A stretch of 64,000 nt of DNA. Source: Mobula hypostoma (lineage: Eukaryota). Both the position numbers and the translations under genes were made by a program. The stretch is from assembly GCF_963921235.1 (NCBI RefSeq), contig NC_086108.1:57228001-57292000 (forward strand), written 5' to 3'. This document shows, piece after piece, positions 39,806 to 52,781 of this stretch (position 1 is the first letter of the stretch; the number at the start of each line of letters is the position of its first letter). The notes under the pieces are model-generated. The model saw only the letters and a program-made list of their open reading frames with translations. It had not been told where the DNA came from and did not search any database.

Positions 39806-40384
39806 TGTAACACCCTGGGAAAGGTTTCACTGCAAACGTAATGGTTTTTCCTGTAACAGCAGTGTTTAGGTTAAGGCTAGAGATAACGGGGGCTTTGGAA
39901 TGTGCGCCGTCCAACAAAAGGAGTGATTTTTCTTGTTGTGTGCCTGAGACCGAGGTGATCTGGGTCTTTTGTTCGGCGGAAGATGGAGAGAGGAGAAGCC
40001 AGAAAGGAGAGGTGGTAGACACCAGGAAGGAGAGGATTAGGAGTGGGGCTGGGAGTTGACAAAGCCCAGAGAAAATCGATGGAGGACTGGTGAAAAGGAA
40101 ACCACGAGCTCCAACTTGTGCACATTAGACTGTTTCATTAAAATGGGCCTTTTTCTTTTTGTTTACCTTACTAAACCTTTAATCAAATTAAGAATTATAA
40201 AGCTAAGTCATTTACTTGCATGTGGTGTACTGTTTGTTATTTAGTGGTGCTGATTTGTAACAGGGTAACACATCACACAGCATCCATGCAAACAGGAGGC
40301 TTTGCAGCTCAATCTCATATGTTTGGTGGGGCCAGAGGTTATCTTCCCTGGACTTACACAGCCGACAGAACCTTGTGGGTTACA
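39806..40384 (+). mobile_element. Solo LTR (579 bp)
   Basis: TGTAAC...GTTACA termini; 4-bp TSD ATTA at 39802-39805 and 40385-40388. Orientation is tentative. Confidence 0.8.
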
Positions 40385-40867
40385 ATTATATTGACAAATT
40401 CTAGCTCAAGTAGTTAATGGTTTCAATTGAGGAAGAAGGCTCTGTCCTAGCCATCAAACAGTGGAATGGTGTACTTTCTTCCTTTTCCAGTTCCCCACTG
40501 CCATCCTGCAACCGTTCTTGTCACCAAACTGCTATCAGACAGCCCAAACCCACTGTCTAACACACTTTAAAAATAGACCTGCAGTGATTTCAGAGCAGCT
40601 TAGAGAGAGCACAAGAACTAACATGAAAGTCATTATTCAGCCCCCCAACATTTGTGTTGCCCCTTAGCTAATACAATCTGAAATAAATCTCAAAATGCAA
40701 TCATTTAAATACAAAAACAGGTGTATTGATTCATTTTTTTAAATGAATGGGGACCAACCACTGACAAAATACACTTCGATTCATATAAACATTAAAAAAA
40801 CATGCAACACACAAAATGCTGGAGGAACTCAGCAGGCCAGACAGCATTTACGGAAAAGAGTAAACCA

Positions 40868-40899
40868 CTGACATTTCAGGCCAAGACCCTTCATCAGGT
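40868..40899 (-). ncRNA. Hammerhead motif with core retained, in WLS sense orientation
   Basis: Minus strand reads AC-CTGATGA-AGG GTCTTGG CCT-GAAA-T-GTC. Stem I is disrupted. Confidence 0.45.
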
Positions 40900-43164
40900 C
40901 AGCATCCTTGTTTTGTAATGGAGCTTTTCTATACAGGAATAACCGAAGAGAAATAGCAGAGGGAATTCAGTATCACAAGGTCACCCAGCGCTGTTTGTGT
41001 ACTGCAATGATAGAGGATCATATTACAGAGATCTACCAGTGAACCACACTATTCATTACCTGCTGTTAGATGTCTTATCCATTTATAGACTTTTATCAGC
41101 AGTATAGACTATTTCAGAATAAAATGGCATTGGATTTTAAAAAAGACTAATCCTTGACTACAGACCTGAAGTGATTGGCTTTTGCTGGAATCTAATTTCA
41201 TGGGCACCAGATCTCCCATTAGTATTAAATGGCATTACTTGTGAAGCTGGTCCACCAGAGCAGACATTGAGCTGTGAATGGGATTGCCCCAAAACACTGT
41301 CCACAGATTGGCAACATTCACACCACTCATGTACAAAACCACAAAATGAAAGTGGCTTTAATGCTACGTGATCCAAATGATAAAGTACACATATTTTAAA
41401 AAGCTTGATTATATATAGCACTAATTTTATTAAGCTACCCACCAACATTTAGAACCATATTAAGTTTCCTGAGACATAATATTTGCATAGGCCACACAAA
41501 CCATGATTAACTGTATAATTTTCTGTCTGTGCTGATTTAGCTCAATGCACACATGGTAATAGAAAGCAGTTACTGCTGCTTCCTAAGACTGCATTCCAGT
41601 CAGCCTGCACAGGTCACACAAACCCCCCCAAATAATTTTTCTTGACCGCAAATAAGAAAATATTTTTCCAAGTTTCATTATTTTAATTTTCAATATATGA
41701 CAAGGTCCACACCAATTCAAATGAAGGATTTCTACACGTCAAAACAGAAGTGAATCAAGAAAGATTAGAAATGTTTGAAACAAAACCTTTTTGTGTAGGT
41801 TGTCTTTATAGAAAAACAGAACAGAAAACTTGTGGGCAAATGCCTGATTAATGCTAGCTCTCCACAGCCTGAGGTGCATGCCAATCTAACATAATGTCAC
41901 TCCACTGTGTCTGTCACCCCTGACGACTAATCCACTTCAACAGCTGTGTTATTCCTGGAGAACTGCCAAATGTTGTTGAAGCAGAGTATTTATTTCATCT
42001 TGATTGCATGAATAAGCTTCATTTCACCCACAAGGGATATGATTACTATTTGCAGATTTTGCTAACTCTTTTATCAATTACCTTCTAACTCAATCAAAAC
42101 TCAAGCAGTCCAAGATGTAGATCCAACTATATCTGAAGTTTCTTTTTTAAAAAAGACCATTCTGTACAACTCTGGTCATAATATTAATTTTAACCATATA
42201 ATCATATAACAATTACAGCACGGAAACAGGCCATCTCGGCCCTCCTAGTCCGTGCCGAACTCTTACTCTCACCTAGTCCCACCGACCTGCACTCAGCCCA
42301 TAACCTTCCATTCCTTTGTTGTCCATATAGCTGTCCAATTTAACTTTAAATGACAACTTTTTCTCTTCATCCACCCTTGTGACTAATAACAGCAGAAAGC
42401 TGTGGATGGAATGAAGGATTTCAGTGGAGAAAGTACTAAAGTCAAAGTTAAGGTTATTGTCATATGCATCGGTGGAATGAAAGAAAACTTACTTGCAGCA
42501 GAATCACCACCACACATGACCAACGTGACCAAATAAACAACATCCACAAAAAAAACATACGTTACACCAAATTTTACAAGAAATAACACAATTTGGACAA
42601 AAAATAAGTCTATTTTAGTGCAATGATTATGATAACACTTCAATTCTTTCAAAATCGACAGTCTATACTTGAATATTGTATTTTGTTCACGTAAGTGGTC
42701 ATTGTTTAGACTGAAACCTGAGAATGGTGTTTACTTGATATTAACCAAGAAACACTAATAATTTCTTTACTGATATTCAAATATGCAATACAAAAGTTCC
42801 AATGGAAGGTAAAAGGAATGGAAACTCCTTTTCATCAGCGCATCATTGGCTTAAACAGGATCCTTGTGACTTCATTGGATACCCACAGAGCTCAGAATAA
42901 GATAGGTCAATAGATTAGGTTCCATTTTCCTTTACAAGTAGATACAAAACATTCTTGTTGCTGTAACTTTATTGCTTCTACAACTCTCAGGCTGACAAGT
43001 GTAAAAAGCAATTCCAGGATCCCATGAAACATTATTTCTCTGATTAACATAAAATTGAAAATGCTGTACTAAAAGTAAGCCTCCCATACAAAATGCTGGA
43101 GGAACTCAGCCCGAAATGTCAACTGTTTATTCTTTTCTATAGATGCTGCCTGACCTGCTGAGAC

Positions 43165-45438
43165 TCTTTTTTCAAGGACTGGAAAGGAAGGGGCAAGATG
43201 CCAGAATTAAAAGGTGGGAGAGGGGAAAGAGGCTAGCTGGAAGTTGATAGTTGAAGCCAGGTGGGTGGGAAAGGCCAAGTGCTGGAGAAGGAAGAATCTG
43301 GTAGCAGAAGAGAGTGAACAATAGGAGAAAGAGAAGGAGGAGGGGAACCAGGGGGAAGCAATAGGCAGGTGAGAAGTGAAAGGTTAGAATGAGGAATAGA
43401 GAAAGTGGAAGCGGGGGGGGGGGGGGGGCGGAATTTGTTCACCGGAAGGAGAAATCGATATTCATGCTGCCATCAGGTTGGAATACAAGGTGTTGCTCCT
43501 CCATCCTGAGGGTGGCCTCATCTTGGCACAAGTGAAGGCCATGGATTGACACATTGGAATGGGAATGGGAATTAAAATATTTGACCACCGGGAAGTCACA
43601 CCTGTGGCATATGGTGCGGAGGTGCTTGACGAAGCAATTGCCCCTATTTATGACAGGTCTCACCGATGTAGAGGAGGTCGCATCTGGAGCACAGCTGACG
43701 CCAGCAGAAGTGTTGCCTCACCTGGAAGGACTGCCTGAGGCCCTGAATGGAGGTGAGGGAGGAGGTGAATGGGCATGTGTAGCACCTAGGCCACTTGCAG
43801 AGTTAAGTGCCTGGACAGATAGGCCAGGGAATCACAGAGACAGCCATCCCTGCGGAGAGTGGCGGGGGGGCGGGGGGTAAAGATATGTTTAATGGTAGGA
43901 TCCCTTTGGAGATGGTGGAGATTGTGGATGTGGAGAGTGATGGGGTGGTAGGCAAGTTCAAGAGGGACTCTATCACTATGATGGCGGCAGGAAGATGGGG
44001 AGAGTAGAGATGTACGGGAAATTGAGGAGATGTCTGTGTGGGCAGCATCAATAGTAGAGGGAGGGAAACCCTGTTCTTTGAAAAAGGAGGGCATCTCAAG
44101 TCCTGGAATGGAAAGCCACACCCTGGGAACAAATGTGGTGGAGACAAAGAAACTGAGAAAAAGGAATAGCATTCTTACAGGAGATGGGGTGGGAAGATGT
44201 ACACTCAGATCCCGCATAACACTACCCCACATAGTGCTGATTCATTATAACGTGGTTATTCAATTCTTCATTGAAATTTTTTTTAAATGACAAAAAAAAT
44301 TCATTCTAAACAACAATTAAAACTTCTCAAGAGCAGCAACCATTACAGTTAACAGCATTCAATCAGCCAGTGAGAGTAATTTATATAGGCTGAGCCACTC
44401 AAAGCCAATCACATATTAGTTTACGCTCTGCCTCTCCCGCGTGTGTAAACGTTCTTGCACCCTTACCAATTTAGTCCATTTTTTTCACCCATAATGCCGG
44501 GAAAACGGCCTGCAGCTTCCAGCAAGGGTAGCACATCTCAGGTGTCTAGGAAAAGCATTGGCACGGATGTGAAACTGCAAGTGATAGGCCGTGTGGAAGT
44601 TGGCGACCGTCTGGTTGATTTCGGTGCCTCTTTGAAAGTTTCAATGCTCATGGATAACGACCCTGACTGGGAGCGAAGCAAGAAGACAAAGAGAGGCGTC
44701 CCTGACATGATTTCCTACTACAGAGAACTGCTTCATGAGAGGAAACTTAAGAAAAGGCAGTCAAATCTCAAGGCCTACTTGAAGAAGCAGCTAAGTTACA
44801 GGAGGACCCACAGCCTGGTCCCTCCACCACCCGCTTCCTTTCGCTGCTGCTGCGGCTCCACCAATGTACAGGTTGGGCCTATTTGTGTTTGTTATTCCAC
44901 GAATCACTGTCTATACATTAAATAACATCAGATTTATCGGGTTTGATTTAAAAAAATAATCAGACATGTCCATTTACATCATGTTATAATCACCTCACGT
45001 AGAGCTGATCTACATAGCACTCCACCTCGATGGACACATCCTCAGCATTAAACAGGGCCTGAGTGTATTGTTGAGATAACCATGGAAGTTGGTAGGTTTA
45101 TTAAAGAAGTCGGTTGACCGTTTGTCTCCATAGATGGAGACAGAGGGATGAAGAAAGAGGAAGGAGGTGTCAGCAATGAGGCAAATGAACTTAAAGTGGA
45201 AGTTAGAGGCAAAATTGATGAGCTCAGCGTGGGCGTATGAAGCAGCGCTAATGCAGTCGTCAATATAGCGGAGGAAGAATTGGGGAATAAAACCGGGGAA
45301 GTCTTTGTACATAGACTGTTCTATATAGCAGACGAAGAGGCAGGCATAGCTTGGGCCCATGCGAGTGCCCACGGCGACCGCTCCGGTTTGGAGAAAGTGA
45401 GAGGATCCGAAGGAGAATCCGTTTAGGGTGAGGACCAC
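43165..45438 (-). mobile_element. Degenerate Penelope-like retroelement (RT and GIY-YIG remnants) interrupted by a Tigger
   Basis: ORF 45010-45438 has FLQTGAVAVGTRMGPSYACLF...FLRYIDD. Downstream remnants HLQRDPTIKHIF and LRMEEQHL...MNIDFS. Confidence 0.85.
44202..45065 (+). mobile_element. Non-autonomous Tigger/pogo element (864 bp)
   Basis: TA TSDs at 44200-44201 and 45066-45067. TIRs CACTCAGATCCCGCATAACACT versus CACTCAGGCCCTGTTTAATGCT (reverse complement). The ORF fuses N-terminal RKSIGTDVKLQVIGRVEVG to C-terminal DPDWERS...RQSNLKAYLKK. Confidence 0.8.
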
Positions 45439-45697
45439 GGTGAGAAGCCTGTTTAAAAATCAGTCCATTTCTGGCCTAGTGGATAACTATGCAAATGAAG
45501 AGATCAAGCAAAATTAATCAAATGAAAAGCAGTTAACAGTTTCTAGGCTAGACACATTATACCATGCTAGTAAAAATAATTATCAGTACATAATGCATGT
45601 GATAATTAGAAACAGAATCTCTAGATTCATCTGTACTTACTGATTTATCCATTTCCCCATCCTAATATTGTTGTCAAACCCACTGAGCTACCCCAGT

Positions 45698-45789
45698 CCT
45701 GAGGAAGGGTCTCAGCCTGAAATGTCAACTGTTTTTTTTCCCCTCCCATAGGTGCTGGCCTGCTGAGTTCCTCCAGCATTTTGTGTGTG
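45698..45789 (+). mobile_element. Short PLE-derived insertion headed by a hammerhead motif (45694-45731)
   Basis: 13-bp TSD GAGCTACCMCAGT (45685-45697, 45790-45802). Motif CAGTC-CTGAGGA-AGG GTCTCAG CCT-GAAA-T-GTC-AACTG. Confidence 0.8.
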
Positions 45790-47939
45790 GAGCTACCACA
45801 GTGCACCCCAGCCACCCTGCAGATGTCATCCAATTAGTTAAAACAACTTGCCGAATAGGAATGAGTTCTAAATTCAATCTAACAAACACATTTTACAAAA
45901 GGCACTAGTAGTTAAAAACAAAAAGCCCAGAAGCAATAACACCAAAAGCAACAATCCTAAAGCAGATTCAGTGAGCCAAAACCTTGATTCCGCTTTCTAT
46001 GTGTTTTGTCTAATCTGCAGATTATTTACGAATCAACGCTGCTGAATCTGAGGAGTCAAGCTATGTGCCAGACAGAAAAGTATGTCATCAAGAAGCTCTA
46101 ATTAATTAGGACAGAAAGATACTTTAGTTTTACTAACATTATGCTGAAGCAATCCCTCAGTTTTATAAACCTGAAAATCAAATTCATATTTCAACCAGAA
46201 AAATCTTAAATGCGAAAGACTAACAATTACATTTTTGCTTCTAGTGATGCAATTTTTGAACCAAATTATAAACTCAGATTCTCTAACAGAAAACGAGTCT
46301 TCACAATACTGTAAGAAAAAACTAGAATTGAGGGGAGCCCAAATACCATTGAGTAAACTGTAACAGGAAATATTTTCAGATTTCATGTGACCTCTGGGAT
46401 CTGACAATCAAATTATCATTGCCCATGCAACATTATTTTGGAGAGAGAAATCTAGACTATGTTGCTCCAAAAGCAATCATTGTCCAGCACTCCTAGGAAA
46501 GATACTCACAGCTATACACTAAGTTTGAAACTTTTGTCCTTCAGACGCTCCTGTAGCTAGCTACCCATTCCCTACCTCTCTTTCCACCTCAAAAGAGCCA
46601 CATTCACAATCTGGGTGCTGGTAATGGAGTCCCTTACCAACACAATCACCGAGTGATCACTCCCATAACCATTCACCAATCCTCCAGGCCTGAATCTCCA
46701 TCGTCTCACAACCAGAACACTCTAAGCCCATCAACTTGTCCAATTGCTGACCCAGCTCTAAGCCTCAATCAGACCATGAGCAATATCCAATCTATCTTCA
46801 ATGTTAGCTGGCACATTTCAAGTCCACCTAGCAGCATTCGAGAAGTAGCAGACCATGACCAAAATGGTCCATGATCCAAAGTTGCTAAGGCCACCTAGTA
46901 TAATAATTAGGGTACTTTGAACCTCCAGGCCAGAATCCTTGCTTAAACAGCGAGTATTTAAGAAAATATAAATCAGAAAGCTTTCAAATTAATTCCCCAA
47001 AATTGTAGGTACAGTAACATTTTATTAAAGTTTAGGGATGGGGGCACAAATCAGAATAATTGTTACCCAGTAATACCTGCTGGTAGGAAACATTTTGTGA
47101 CACAGAAGGCCAATCAACCCACCAAATCTATGTCAGCTCTCTGAGCACACCCATTTACTTCCTTATAATCTATTCTCTCTTATTTCTCTCAATTCTCCTG
47201 CCACTGGGGGCAATTTACAGGAGCAAAATAATCTAACAGCATAACAACACTTCGTTAGGAAGTAAGAAGAACCTACACAGTTGTGGAGAAAATGTGAACT
47301 CCGCACAGATCACATTAGAGGAAAGGATCAGTTTGTGCCTGTGTTGTTCTTTGCCGGACCAACACAATGTCAATTCCAATCAGAGCCATAAACTGTTGAG
47401 TGTGGGTCAAGTGTATAGTCTGGGGGAAAAAAACTTTATAGGTTCAGATTGAGTAAGACCTTGCAGTTCCAGCCCTGCTCAGTATTTCATTCAGTTCAGG
47501 ATGTTTTGCTAAGAACTCTTATCTTGATCAATAATAGGAGCTTCTCCTTCACACCAGCTCAAAGATCTGAAACACTGAAGCAGTCCATGCCTGCGTGTGG
47601 CAAAAGCCACACAGCATTCAAACATGGACTAAGCAGTGACAGGTAACATTCATGAAGGTAGGTATCCTTTGGAGAGTGTCTCTTGACACCAAAAAAAAAG
47701 AATCACTGTACTGATTCCCACAATGAAGGGTTCATCCGTAAAGAGAGGTTAAGTCGGTTGGGCTTATACTTATTGTGAAATAGAAGAGCAAGAGAAATTA
47801 TTGAAACATACAAGATTCTAAAGGGACACACACAAAATGCTGGAGGAACTCAGCAAGGTCTGAGGGGAGCTGGTAGGATTGGTTTCTGAAAATGTTTCCC
47901 GTATTGGGAGGTATGTAAAAACCAGGCAGTATAGTTTCA

Positions 47940-49600
47940 GAGACACACAAAAAAAGACTGCAGGTGATGGAAATCTAGAGCAGATCAAGGCAACATCTAT
48001 GAAGGGAAATGACAGCTGATGTTCTGGTCCGGACCCTTCATTAGGACTGGAAAGAAAGAGGGGCTAGTATAAAAGGGTGCAGAGTGTGGGATGGTGTAAA
48101 AGCTGGTGGGTGATAGGATGGACGCAGTTGAGGAAGGGTGAGAGTAGGAATAAAGTCAGAAATTGGAAAGTGACATGGAGAAGTGACAAAAGGCAGAAGA
48201 AGATGGAATCTGATAGGACAGTGGAGCACAGAATAAAGGGAAGGAGGTGAGGAGGGAAATGGGAGGGACGAATGAGTGGGTGATGGGCATATCAAGTCGG
48301 TGAGTGGAGAGACTGAGAAAGGGTGGTGAGGCAGGTTCGATAACGGAAAAACAAAGGAGGCAGAAAGGAGTGATTACCAGTGAGAAATTGATGTTCATGC
48401 CATCAGCTTGGAGACTACCATAGCAGAATGTGAGATGCTGTTCCTCTAATCCACGCCAAGCTTCAGCTTAGAGTAGAGGCAACTGTGGATATATCAGTAT
48501 GGGAATATAACAGAATCTTTCCTATCATCCTGTGAACTTCTGTATCCAACATACCATTCTCCTCAACTCCTGCCATCTCCAACAGGATCCCACATCAGGC
48601 TCATCTTCCAATCCCCTCCCCTCTCTGCTTTCAGCAGGGATCACTCTCTCCGGTACTCCTTTGCCACTAATCCTCCCCATCGATCACTCCTGGCAGTTAT
48701 CCCCACCACCCCATGAAGAGTTAGACCTGTGAATACACCTACTCCCTTAGCACCATTCGGGTACTGAAACAGTCCTGTAGGTCGGGCAGCCCTTCACATG
48801 TGAATTTATTGGTGCAGTTTATTGCATCCAATGCTCCTGCTGTGGCATCCTCTACATCAGGGATTCCCAACCTGGGGTCCATGGACTCCTTGCTTAAGGG
48901 CCTAAAGAAAGTTGGGAATTCCTACTTTACATTGCTCCAATCTATATTGGGTTTCAGCATTGCTTCAACAAGGACCCTCACTCTGTCTGCCACAACAGCC
49001 AGGATCTCCCAGTGGCAGCCATTTTAATTCCACTTCCCATTCCCACACTGATACATCTATCCACAACTCCTCCAATGCCAACTTGAAGCTAGATACAGTT
49101 AGACGGACAGCACTTCATATTCTGTGTTGGTAGTCTCCAATTCGAAAGCATGGAGATCTATTTTTAAACTTCTGATAACCATTCCCCTCTACCACCCCTC
49201 CACTCCAATTCTCCCTTAATCTACTAATCCAATCACCCAATCACTTTCCATTTCCCATCTGCTCAATCTGCCCTTCACCCACACGTCCCTCCATTTGTTC
49301 CCCTCCTCACTTTTTTACATTTATTCCATGGTCCACTATTCAGAATTCATTTTCTTCAATTCTTTGTCACTTCCACCTACCACATTCCAGCTTCCCACCC
49401 TTGCCTTCCCTTATCTACTTATGTTTCCCCTCTCACTTTGATTTACCTATGAACTACCAGCTCTTGCTCCATTTCCTTCCCTCCCCTACTCCCCTTTTTC
49501 TTTCCAGTCCTGGTGAAGGGTCTCAACCCAAAATGTTAACTGTCCTCTTTGTCCCACAGATGCTGTCTGACTTGCTGAATCCTCCAACATTTTGTGTGTT
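47940..49600. mobile_element. Old inverted PLE pair (minus about 47940-48500, plus about 48500-49600)
   Basis: HLQQDP remnant and degenerate hammerheads at about 48016-48050 (-) and 49505-49541 (+). Confidence 0.65.
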
Positions 49601-50046
49601 ACTCTACTGTAGTTTCACAATAGGGGAGGGGGGTCATTCATTTCAATTGCAGGCATTGAAGAATATCTTCTCTTAAGGGAATTGTAAGCATATTACATTC
49701 TCTACCACAGAAGGCTGTAGAGGTGGAATTGTTGAATTTACTCAAGGCCAATTTTAACAGCGCTTTAAAATACAAGATATTTAACGTTCACAATAGAAGA
49801 ACAAAGAAAGATGGTGTTGAGGACAACACTAGGTCAGCCAGTTTAGGAAGTTGACTAGTCTACTAATTTTCCTTCACTTTCCATAAATCAAATATCTGGA
49901 ATCTCAGTGGAATAAAATTTACTCCGCTTTTTAAGTACAGCACGACCACCCTGAAGAAAGAACATCAAATTAACATTTAAGATCCAATTGTCATACATAT
50001 AATATGAAAAAAATATATGTTCCTCCTTTCTTGTGCTGGAACTTAC

Positions 50047-50322
50047 CTATTTCGTTGTCTATTTGAAATTCAATCTCAAACTGCAAAACCACCAACAGGA
50101 ACTGAAACCAAGAGCTCATCTCCCAGTTTTGATGTGGGATATGCGCGGCAAACACAATATCATTGGCTTCAATCTGTTGTTTCATAGCTTCAGAGAACTC
50201 CTGGATTTTCTTTTCACATTGGTTGGGACCCCAAGGCATGAACCATCTGGACTTCTGATGATGTTTCCTGACGTCCACACATTTCGTTGCAAGGTATTTA
50301 ATTCCTGTAGTAGGACGTGGAG
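50047..50322 (-). CDS. WLS: Wntless coding exon 2 (276 bp)
   Basis: Translates to APRPTTGIKYLATKCVDVRKHHQKSRWFMPWGPNQC...IEANDIVFAAHIP...WFQFLL...DNEI, matching the WLS lumenal domain. Acceptor ttttcag, donor gtaagt. Confidence 0.97.
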
Positions 50323-50403
50323 CTGAAAAATTTGAACCAGAGTACATGATTAGAAATATGTTTAAGTTTGTATTAATTTCACCTAATTTTCTTCCCAAAA
50401 GTA

Positions 50404-51987
50404 CAAACCCCACTTCCAGAAAAGTTAGGATATTTTCCAAAATGCAATAAAAACAAAAATCTGTGATATGTTAATTCACATCAACCTTTATTTAACTGAC
50501 AAAAGTACAAAGAAAAGATTTTCAATAGTTTTACTGACCAACTTAATTGTATTTTGTAAACATACACAAATTTAGAATTTGATGGCTGCAACACTCTCAA
50601 CAAAAGTTGGGACAGAGTTAAAATAAGATTGAAAAGTGCACAGAATATTCAAGTAACACCGGTTTGGAAGACTCCACATTAAGCAGGCTAATTGGTAGCA
50701 GGTGAGGTATCATGACTGGGTATAAAAGTAGCGTCCATCAAAGGCTCAGTCTTTGCAAGTAAGGATGGGTCATGGCTCACCCCTTTGTGCCAAAATTCGT
50801 GAGAGAATTGTTAAAACGGAACATTTCTCAATGCAAGATTGCAGAGAATTTAGGTCTTTCAACATCTACAGTATATATTGTGAAAAGATTTAGAGAATTC
50901 AGAGACATCTCAGTGTGTAAAGGGCAAGGTCGGAAACCACTGTTGAATGCGTGTGATCTTTGAGCCCTCAGGCGGCACTGCCTAAGAAACCGTCATGCTA
51001 CTGTGATAATTATAGCCACTTGGGCTCGGGAGTACTTCGGAAAACTATTGTCACTCAACACAGTCCGTCGCTGCATCCAGAAATGCAACTTGAAACTGTA
51101 TTACGCAAGGAGGAAGCCATACATCAACTCTATGCAGAAACGCCAGCGAGTTCTCTGGGCCCGAGCTCATCTCAGATGGACTGAAAGACTGTGGAACCGT
51201 GTGCTGTGGTCAGATGAGTCCACATTTCAGTTAGTTTTCGGAAAAAACGAGTGTCGAGTTCTCTATGCCAAAGATGAAAACGACCATCCAGATTGTTATC
51301 AGCGAAAGGTGCAAAAGCCAGCATCTGTGATGGTATGGGGGTACATCAGTGCCCATGGCATGGGTGAATTGCATGTATGTGAAGGTACCATTGACTCTGA
51401 AGCGTATATTAGGATCTTAGAGAGACATATGTTGCCATCAAGGCGACGTCTCTTCCCGGGACGTCCATGCTTATTTCAGCAGGACAATGCCAGACCACAT
51501 TCTGCATGGGCTACAACAGTGTGGCTTTGTAGACACAGAGTGCGTGTGCTTGACTGGCCTGCTGCCAGTCCAAATCTATCTCCTATTGAAAATGTATGGA
51601 GCATCATGAAGAGGAGAATCAGACAACGGACTGTTGAGCAGCTGAAGTCTTATATCAAGCAAGAATGGACAAAATTACCAATTGCAAATCTACTACAATT
51701 AGTATCCTCAGTTCCAAAGCGATTAAAAAGTGTTATTAAAAGGAAAGGTCATGTAACACAATGGTAAACATGCCTCTGTCCCAACTTTTGTTGAGTGTGT
51801 TGCAGCGATCAAATTATAAATTTGTGTATGTTTACAAAATACAATTAAGTTGGTCAGTAAAACTATTGAAAATCTTTTCTTTGTACTTTTGTCAGTTAAA
51901 TAAAGGTTGACGTGAATTAACATATCACAGATTTTTGTTTTTATTGCATTTTGGAAAATATCCCAACTTTTCTGGAAATGGGGTTTG
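50404..51987 (+). mobile_element. Tc1 DNA transposon (DD34E) with about 210-bp TIRs and a disrupted transposase
   Basis: TIRs CAAACCCCACTTCCAGAAAAGTT / AACTTTTCTGGAAATGGGGTTTG, with TA on the left. Transposase starts at about 50764 (MGHGSPLC) and has a frameshift and a stop. ORF 51003-51767 has WSDES, QQDNA and SPNLSPIE, with 34 aa between the second D and E. Confidence 0.95.
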
Positions 51988-52781
51988 CACTTTGTGATCT
52001 GTGGCTCCATACACTCCAGTGCAATGAAGGAAATGTTACACTTCTTCACTTGGATCTTTAACCATTTAGTTTAAATTTACGTACATATCCTTGATCCTGT
52101 TATTTATAAAAATCCAGCTATCCTAAACCTTCCCTGCTCCAAGGAGAACATCCCCAGATCCCATAGTCTATCTTCAAAATCAAAATCTCTCATCTTTGGG
52201 ACAATTCTGGTAACTCTACTCTGCCCCCTCTCCCAGCTCTTCGCATCCTTTCAGGAATGACTCTACTCAAGTCACCTGACCGGTTTTCAATTCAAGTGAA
52301 AAATGTAAGACAAGGCAATCTGAGGGACATCTCTATAAAGAATCATCCAATCCTCAGCCAATACCCACATTAAAAGAAACCTGATTTATACTAGCCATCT
52401 TCCCTCTTTCCTTCCAGATTAGATGAGCCTCTTTTTCTTTTTAAATCTTTTTATTGAATAAGTATACAAAAAGGTAAGCCATATAGACACTAATACATTG
52501 TTAGAATATAATAAAATTACAGAAGATATTAATACAAAAAAAATACTACAAACAATGTAATTTAAACATAACATACCAAGGTAACATAATAGTATACTAA
52601 TTTTATATATATATATATCAATGGAGAAAAAGAAACCCCCCCCCAAAAAAAACCCACCGTGCAACTAACTAAAAGCAACGCAAAGCAATGGGCTAACTTG
52701 GAACCAAACAGTTAAACTTAAAATCACGTCCTCAATCCCGACCTCCATTAAAAACAGTGAAAAAAACAAGAAGGGTATATA

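Noticed and set aside
47663..47671. GTATCCTTT U12-like donor on the plus strand
   Set aside because: It is antisense to WLS with no supporting exon, so likely chance.
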